Shown piece after piece: positions 57,949 through 64,000 of a DNA stretch of 64,000 nucleotides; the first letter of the stretch is position 1, and each line of letters starts with the position of its first letter. The notes below the pieces were generated by a model. It saw only the letters and a program-made list of their open reading frames with translations, was not told where the DNA came from and made no database searches. This DNA is from Gemmatimonadota bacterium (GTDB taxonomy: Bacteria > Gemmatimonadota > Gemmatimonadetes > Palauibacterales > Palauibacteraceae), in assembly GCA_046758745.1 (NCBI GenBank), contig JBHIAV010000002.1, positions 1 to 64,000 of the forward strand, given 5' to 3'. The position numbers and the translations under genes were made by a program.

Positions 57949-59675
57949 CGAACGAGCTTCCCTCCGATCGCGGGGTGTACAGTGTTGCCTCCGTGCGCCT
58001 TGGCAACATAGAGAGAGGCATCCGCCTCCGCCATCAGGGCCTCGCTCGTCAGAACGGACCGCGCCGCCCCTGAATGATAAGCGAGACCAATGCTTAGCGT
58101 AACCCCCGCCTCTCCCTGTGGCGTATGAACCCGGAAGGTCTCTGCCTGAGATCGAATCTCCTCGGCCACCCGCGCGGCGCCCTCGGGGTCGGCGTTTACG
58201 AGGATAAGAACGAACTCGTCGCCTCCGAAGCGACACGCGATGTCGGTGGCCCGGATGGCTCCTCTCAGGATATCGGCGACACCCCGCAGGATGTCGTTGC
58301 CGGCTGCGTGACCGAGCCGATCGTTGATCGGCTTGAAGTCATCCAGGTCGATGAACAAGACGGCGAGGGAGGTACCGCTCCGATTGGCGCGTGCCACCTC
58401 CTGAGCCAAGCGTTCCTCGAGTACCCGATACGTGAAGAGTCCGGTGAGGGCGTCATGCATGGCGTCGCGTGACGCCTGCTCGACCTGACGTCCCAGGTAG
58501 TAAGGGCAGATCGATAGGGTGGCCCGTCCTCGGGAGATGGCATCGGCGAAGTCGACGCACCTCGCGTGGCCGCAGGCCCCGCAATCCCAGTACGCACCGC
58601 CGGGAGCCCTTCCGATTCGCTCGAGCACGCGAGCCGCTTGCGCGGAGTCGGCCGGTGGAAGCGCCGCGGCATTCGGCTCGAAGGAGGCGCTGAGATCCAG
58701 AGCCGGCGGAACATCGACTACGGGCTCCCCGGAACGCCCGCCTTCCGCGAGCTCGGCGATCGCTTTGCGCCAGAAAAGGTCCTCATGCCGCCCGAAGGCG
58801 GGATGATCGAGGCTGCCCTCGAACGGTAGGACGTCGAGGAAGCCGAGTTCGCGTTCGCTGCTGACCACCGCTTGGGCGACGGCGCTCAGGGCGTGCAGGC
58901 CCCGGATCTTGCTGAACCGCCGCGATGAGAGGGACTCCTCCTCAAGCATGGCCAGCGGAAGCCCACCCGCGGTGGAGAGGTGACGGCGCCGCTCCGGCGG
59001 GATGCGCTCGAGCGTGAGGGGCTGCCTCTCCGGGTCCGCGCCCTTGTGGATCAAGAGATCCTTCAGCTCCTCGAAGGAGATGCATGCGCTGATACCCTGT
59101 TCGTCGCGGTCCGGCCCTGGAGTCGCCAGACCAGCGTAGATGATCCTGTATTCTGGCCCGTAATGGGTGCGAAGAAACCGACCGAGGGCAACGGCAGGCG
59201 TGACGATGGGCGCCAGGAAGGGCAGCAGGGCGGGGAGCCTGACTCGGCAGTAGTCGACCACGATGGAGCTGGTGGAGCGGATCCACGTCCTGGGGGAATC
59301 TTCCCGCCACAGGCGCAGATACTCGTGCGCCACCAGCTCATCGCCCAAGGTCTCAAAGTATACGCCGTGAAAGCCCGCCCGGAAGCAGGCGTTGATGATC
59401 TGCTCTGGCGTGGCCGGGTGGAAACTGACGGCCACTTCGGCCGGTAAGATGAGGATCGCCCGGTCCTTCTCGATGGCTTCCCGCACCTCCCGGATGTCAC
59501 CGACGACGTCGATAGCATCGTGGTGGCAGGCCGGAACGCAAAGGCCGCACTCGATGCACGTCTCCCCGACGATCCGCACCTCGTTCCCCGAAACGGCGAT
59601 CGCCTCGACGGGACAGACGCGGACGCAGGCCATGCACGCCGTGCAGTTGTCGTTGACCGAGAAGCTAAGGTTCAC
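57945..59675 (-). CDS. GGDEF diguanylate cyclase with 2x[4Fe-4S], degenerate [FeFe]-hydrogenase-like and Fe-S domains
   Basis: CTACMACVRVCP and CIECGLCVPAC; DCGACG...C...ICP; DALTG, DLDDFK.IND..GH, RATD I-site, RFGGDEF. Confidence 0.9.
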   Translation of the reverse strand: MNLSFSVNDNCTACMACVRVCPVEAIAVSGNEVRIVGETCIECGLCVPACHHDAIDVVGDIREVREAIEKDRAILILPAEVAVSFHPATPEQIINACFRAGFHGVYFETLGDELVAHEYLRLWREDSPRTWIRSTSSIVVDYCRVRLPALLPFLAPIVTPAVALGRFLRTHYGPEYRIIYAGLATPGPDRDEQGISACISFEELKDLLIHKGADPERQPLTLERIPPERRRHLSTAGGLPLAMLEEESLSSRRFSKIRGLHALSAVAQAVVSSERELGFLDVLPFEGSLDHPAFGRHEDLFWRKAIAELAEGGRSGEPVVDVPPALDLSASFEPNAAALPPADSAQAARVLERIGRAPGGAYWDCGACGHARCVDFADAISRGRATLSICPYYLGRQVEQASRDAMHDALTGLFTYRVLEERLAQEVARANRSGTSLAVLFIDLDDFKPINDRLGHAAGNDILRGVADILRGAIRATDIACRFGGDEFVLILVNADPEGAARVAEEIRSQAETFRVHTPQGEAGVTLSIGLAYHSGAARSVLTSEALMAEADASLYVAKAHGGNTVHPAIGGKLVR

Positions 59676-60107
59676 GACTGCGTCCGCTCGGTGCGTGTAT
59701 CATGAAACGGCCCCGATCATGGCGGGTCCGAGGGCCTCTCCGGTGACCGGCGAGGGGTACAAGAAACATACCCGGGCCCAGGTCCCGTGGGAAGCGCGGA
59801 TCGGTCGTCGGGGTAGGAGTGTAACCACTGTAACGTGTTACTACAACGTACATTACGTCCGTGTGGAAATCGTCGTCTGCTATTCCGGCAGACACGTCCG
59901 TGGAGCGGGTGGCCGACCTGTGGCGTCTGGACAACGGGACTCTGTGTCTCCCGAAGAGCGCCTTTCGCACCGAACCGGGCCCCTGAACCGGCCCCTGGGG
60001 GGCCCCTGGCACTCGCCCTCTCACGGGGCGGCGTGTAAGATGTGCACGGCAGAGGCGGCCGGTGCTAGCGCGCGGAGCGGTCGACGAACCTATCGGGATC
60101 AAGGGAG

Positions 60108-60407
60108 ATGGGTGGGTCTGCACTTCTCAAGAAACTGCTGTGGCGCCTCGACGGTGCCGCCGACAGCGCCAAGGTCGAATTCATCAGCGAGGCCGGCAAC
60201 CGATGGGAGGCTGAGTTGTCGCTTCACTCCGGTACCGATCCCCAGTCCCCCCGCCTCATGATACTGTTCCGGAACCGGTCCGCCCCGCACACATCGCAGC
60301 GCTACAATCTCGCGCCGATCGGGGTGTCCAAGGTCCCCCGTGAGGCGGCGAAACAGCTCAGTGAGGCGGAGCTTCGGGAGCTCCTCGCAACCTCCGTGGA
60401 GCTGTAG
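60108..60407 (+). CDS. Small hypothetical protein
   Basis: GGGAG RBS; shares the C-terminal [10 protein letters not shown] with the next gene. Confidence 0.7.
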   Translation: MGGSALLKKLLWRLDGAADSAKVEFISEAGNRWEAELSLHSGTDPQSPRLMILFRNRSAPHTSQRYNLAPIGVSKVPREAAKQLSEAELRELLATSVEL

Positions 60408-60415
60408 GAAGCCCG

Positions 60416-60652
60416 GTGGCCCGGACGATCTACGATGACGGCCTCCTCAAGTGGGAGGTGTACGTCAGCGGCGGGCAGCCGAACTCGAAGGTGGCCGCCC
60501 GAATCTTCTTTCTCTGCCTCGACGCTCCGATGACGCCCGCCCGCTGTGTGCTACGGGAAGACGGCGACGTCGCCGCCGCCCAGCGAGCCATCATGGAAAT
60601 GAGCGACGATGATCTCAGAGAGCTGCTCGCAACGAGCGTCGAAGTCGGCTGA
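60416..60652 (+). CDS. Small hypothetical protein, paralogue of the preceding gene
   Basis: [21 protein letters not shown]; tight operon spacing. Confidence 0.7.
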   Translation: MARTIYDDGLLKWEVYVSGGQPNSKVAARIFFLCLDAPMTPARCVLREDGDVAAAQRAIMEMSDDDLRELLATSVEVG

Positions 60653-60657
60653 CGAGC

Positions 60658-61281
60658 ATGCCAGGGGACGGCCGCGAAGGCTGGATCGAGGTCATCACGG
60701 GCGTGATGTTCAGCGGAAAGTCCGAGGAGCTCCTCCGTCGAGTCCGCCGCGCCCTCATTGCGCGAAAGACCGTCCAGGTCTTCAAGTCCCATCTAGACGA
60801 CCGATACAGCGGAATCCAGACGATCAGCTCGCACGATGGGCGGACGATCGAAGCCGTGCCGACTTCCCACTCCCGCGACGTGGCGGAGCGAGTGAGTGAC
60901 GATACGCAGGTCGTCGCCATCGACGAGGTCCAGTTCCTCGACCCCGGCATCGTGACGGTCGTGAACAAGCTGGCGGACGAGGGAAGACGGGTAATCGTCT
61001 CTGGAACGGACATGGATTTCCGGGGGCTTCCCTTTGGGCCGGTCGGCGATCTGCTTGCCGTGGCCGAGCGGATCGACAAGCTGCACGCCATCTGCGTCGT
61101 GTGCGGGGAGCTCGCGACTCGCAACCAGCGCCTGATCGACGGGCGGCCCGCACCCGCCGAGGGGCCGACGATCCAGGTCGGGGGCGCGGAGTCGTACGAG
61201 GCCCGCTGTCGACGATGTCACGAGGTGCCGTCGGCCCTCGATGCTCAGATCCGACTCGTCGTGGAGGAGCAAGCTCCCTGA
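60658..61281 (+). CDS. tdk: Thymidine kinase
   Basis: [42 protein letters not shown]. Confidence 0.96.
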   Translation: MPGDGREGWIEVITGVMFSGKSEELLRRVRRALIARKTVQVFKSHLDDRYSGIQTISSHDGRTIEAVPTSHSRDVAERVSDDTQVVAIDEVQFLDPGIVTVVNKLADEGRRVIVSGTDMDFRGLPFGPVGDLLAVAERIDKLHAICVVCGELATRNQRLIDGRPAPAEGPTIQVGGAESYEARCRRCHEVPSALDAQIRLVVEEQAP

Positions 61282-61302
61282 GACGTCCGGGACGACGGTC
61301 CA

Positions 61303-62460
61303 CTACAGCGGGAAAGCGTGCACCGCCGTCGCCTTGATGGAGATGAAGACCCTGGTCCCGGGAGCGAGCCCGAGTTCCCTGCCGGCGGCTCGCGTGACCA
61401 CGGCGATCACTTCCGGCGGACCGTCCATCCGGACTCGCAGCAGGCCCCCGGCCTCGCGTACGTCGGCGACTACAGCGGCGAAGCGGTTTCGCGCGCTGCT
61501 CAGTCGAGCCGGCTGCTTCGACAAGAGGAGATCCTCTGGCCGGTAGGCGAGCTTCACGGCCGCTCCGCGGGTGGCGTTCCCGATCGCCCGGATCAGGACT
61601 CCGTCCACATCCACCTGCAACAGGCCGCCCTCTTCTCCCGCTACCGTACCCCGCAGCGACAGCTCGGCGCCCGTGGTCTCGGCGATGAAGGGATCGCGTG
61701 GGTCTTCGAAAAGCTCAGCCGGGGTGCCGACCTGGACAACCCGCCCCTCGCGGAGCACCGTCACCCGGTCGGCCAGATAGAACGCCTCGTTTCGATCGTG
61801 CGTCGCGAGGAGTGTGGCACGCCCCCGGCTTCGTGCAGCTCGCTCCAGATCCTCGCGCAGGAGGAGGCGAACCTCGGCGTCCAGGTTGGCCGTCGGCTCG
61901 TCGAGGAAGAGGACGTCGGGGTCGAGCGCGAGGGCCCGGGCGATCGCCACGCGCTGCATCTCGCCACCGGAGAGCGACCGGGCGTCGGCGTCGAGGAGAT
62001 GCTCGATGCCGAGCTGCCGCGCCGCTTCCTCGGCGCACATCCTCCGCTCGGCCGCCCTGGTGCGCCCGAGCCGAAGGCCGAGCTCCACGTTCCAGCCCAC
62101 GGACCCCGCCCACACATGCGGCCTCTGAAAGACGGCGGCGGAGGAGCGCCGGAGCGCCGCCTCGGCTCCGGCACCTGCCTCGCCCCGATAGCGCACGCTC
62201 CCCGACGCCGGGGACTCCAGCATCGCCAGGACCCGAAGGAGAGTCGATTTCCCGGCTCCGTTCGGTCCCAGCACGGCTAGGATCTCCCCCTCTCTCAGCC
62301 CGATCCGCTCGATGGCGAGCACCGGCCGGTCGCCGTAGCGCACCTCGATTCCCTCGCCCACGATGACCTCGTTCCAGGCGTCGTGGCGCGCGCGCGCGGA
62401 CGTCTCGCCGCGCAGTCGGCTGTAGAGCCGCGAAGGGTCGGCGGTGCGTGCGTCGGCCAT
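61303..62460 (-). CDS. tupC: Tungstate/molybdate ABC transporter ATPase with TOBE domains
   Basis: GPNGAGKS, LSGGE, DEPTANLD; C-terminal SARN..AVVT..LGL..G..V..IKA. Confidence 0.82.
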   Translation of the reverse strand: MADARTADPSRLYSRLRGETSARARHDAWNEVIVGEGIEVRYGDRPVLAIERIGLREGEILAVLGPNGAGKSTLLRVLAMLESPASGSVRYRGEAGAGAEAALRRSSAAVFQRPHVWAGSVGWNVELGLRLGRTRAAERRMCAEEAARQLGIEHLLDADARSLSGGEMQRVAIARALALDPDVLFLDEPTANLDAEVRLLLREDLERAARSRGRATLLATHDRNEAFYLADRVTVLREGRVVQVGTPAELFEDPRDPFIAETTGAELSLRGTVAGEEGGLLQVDVDGVLIRAIGNATRGAAVKLAYRPEDLLLSKQPARLSSARNRFAAVVADVREAGGLLRVRMDGPPEVIAVVTRAAGRELGLAPGTRVFISIKATAVHAFPL

Positions 62461-63158
62461 CACGCGAGAAGCGGTCTCCGCAGCGTTCCGCGTCCGAGCA
62501 TGATGAGCACCAGGTTCACGCCGAACGCGATGAAGAGTAGGATGAAGCCGAGCGCGATCGCGACGCCGAAGTTCCCGCGCCGCGTCTCCAGCACGATCGT
62601 CGTGGTCATCACGCGGGTCTCGCCGAGGATATTGCCGCCGACGATCATGACTGCTCCCACCTCGCTGATGATCGCCCCGAAGCCGGCTGCCACGGCGGCG
62701 ACCATGGACCCCCTCACCTCCCGTAGGTGAAGCCACATGGCCTGCCAGCGCGTCGCGCCCAGGCTCCGCGCCTGGAGCCGCACGTCGGCGGGGACGCTCT
62801 CGACCGCGGCGAGGGTCACGGCCGCGATGTACGGACCCGCCAGGACCACCTGAGCGAGGACCATCGCGGTGGGTGAGTACAGGAGACCCAGGGGACCGAG
62901 CGGGCCGGCGCGGGAGAGGAGGAGGTACACGCCGAGACCTACCACGACGGGAGGAAGAGCCAGCCCCGTGTTCACCAGCGCCACGGCGGAGGTGCGGAGC
63001 CGGAAGCGGCCGAGCGCGACGGCGATCCCGATCGGAAGACCGATCAGCGTCGCGAGGAGGAGCGCCGTGCCCGAGATGGCTAGAGATCGGAGGACCACTT
63101 CGGCGACGTAGAGGTCCCCCGAAACGAGAAGATCCCACGCATCGCCGAAGGGGTTCAT
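62460..63158 (-). CDS. tupB: Tungstate ABC transporter permease
   Basis: LPPVVVGL, LSRAGPLG, ISEVGAVMIVGGNI, TRVMTTTIVLET. Confidence 0.9.
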   Translation of the reverse strand: MNPFGDAWDLLVSGDLYVAEVVLRSLAISGTALLLATLIGLPIGIAVALGRFRLRTSAVALVNTGLALPPVVVGLGVYLLLSRAGPLGPLGLLYSPTAMVLAQVVLAGPYIAAVTLAAVESVPADVRLQARSLGATRWQAMWLHLREVRGSMVAAVAAGFGAIISEVGAVMIVGGNILGETRVMTTTIVLETRRGNFGVAIALGFILLFIAFGVNLVLIMLGRGTLRRPLLA

Positions 63159-64000
63159 CGGGGCGTACGGCCCGGGGTACGCGGCAGCGGCGAAAAAAGT
63201 CCCACGCCGAACCGCTCCCGCCCGAAGGCGTCGATGCGCCGGATGCCCTCCGGCGAAGTGAGCCAGCGAGCGAAGGCGTGTGCCCCGTCGGCGTTCCCAG
63301 CGTCGCTCACCTCGATCACCGAATAGAAGTTCCGCAGGAGGGAGTCCCCCTCGACGAGGACCTCGAGGTCGAGCGACCGTCCCATGCCCACGAGCGTCGC
63401 GCGGTCGGTGAGCAGGTAGGCCCTCCGCTCGCTCGCCACCTGAAGGGTTGCGCCCATGCCCTGGCCGATCTCGCGGTACCAGGATCCCGACGGCTCCACT
63501 CCGGCGGCCTCCCACAGCTCGCGCTCCCGGAGGTGTGTCCCGGAGCCGTCCCCGCGCGAGACGAACAGCGTCTCGAGTCGGGCGATGGTGCGGAGCGCCG
63601 CCGCCGCGGATTCAGCGCCGCGGGCTCCTGCTGGATCCTCCGCCGGCCCGGCTATGACGAAGTCGTTGCGCATGAACGGAGTCCGGTCATGCCCGTAGCC
63701 GGCCTCGACGAATTCGCGCTCGGCCGCGGGCGCGTGTACCACCAGCACGTCGACGTCGCCCCGGCGGCCGAGAGCCAGGGCCTCCCCCGAACCGACGGCG
63801 ATCACCTTCACGGAGAGCTCCGGCTGGGCGGCCTCGAACGCGGGGATCAGCTCGTCGAACAGTCCGGAGTCGTGGACCGAGGTCGTGGCTCCGACGAGCA
63901 GGGGCCGAGGGCCGCCGCCGCACCCCACCGATGCGAGCGAGAGGAGCCCGAGGAGGAGCGGAGCGCAACGAGCTCGCGGCGGACCACGCCGCTTGCGCCT
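63155..64000 (-). CDS. tupA: Tungstate ABC transporter substrate-binding lipoprotein (5' end outside window)
   Basis: ATTSVHDSGL, VGSGEAL, VHAP, SRGDGSGTH, GQGMG, DRAT; frame open to the window edge. Confidence 0.9.
   Translation of the reverse strand, partial: RRKRRGPPRARCAPLLLGLLSLASVGCGGGPRPLLVGATTSVHDSGLFDELIPAFEAAQPELSVKVIAVGSGEALALGRRGDVDVLVVHAPAAEREFVEAGYGHDRTPFMRNDFVIAGPAEDPAGARGAESAAAALRTIARLETLFVSRGDGSGTHLRERELWEAAGVEPSGSWYREIGQGMGATLQVASERRAYLLTDRATLVGMGRSLDLEVLVEGDSLLRNFYSVIEVSDAGNADGAHAFARWLTSPEGIRRIDAFGRERFGVGLFSPLPRTPGRTPR

Noticed and set aside
711-63968. Numerous long Arg/Pro/Gly-rich overlapping and antisense ORFs in the track
   Set aside because: Shadow ORFs expected at about 70% GC; no motifs, and they overlap well-supported genes.

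Overview
High-GC (about 70% by spot counts) bacterial chromosomal segment, probably origin-proximal: yidC, parS, parA-parB and DnaA-box-like 9-mers are all present. Gene order and protein style suggest Gemmatimonadota, but that is inference only. Most of the window is housekeeping or metabolic: 2-oxoacid dehydrogenase E1/E2, mqnD, a YitJ-like Met enzyme, an aconitase-family fusion, peptidases, tdk and tupABC. Main finds, the first three missed or misread by the ORF track: (1) a 31-aa peptide gene with a perfect RBS, MLLISTNWLARLF-(GGTVRW)x3. It lies directly upstream of a membrane-anchored HD-GYP phosphodiesterase, in a low-GC cassette flanked by a BTAD-NTPase-TPR regulator and an Fe-S/hydrogenase-like GGDEF cyclase. 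This is a candidate undescribed peptide-controlled cyclic-dinucleotide signalling system. (2) A UxxC peroxiredoxin-like selenoprotein with a SECIS-like hairpin. (3) An mnmG (gidA) pseudogene collapsed to about 570 bp. (4) An apparent sphingolipid operon (Spt, GNAT ceramide synthase, reductase, PAP2/Aur1-like). (5) Several enzymes with lost catalytic residues. No rRNA, tRNA, CRISPR array, transposase or integrase was recognised. All family assignments are from motif recognition by eye; no searches were run.
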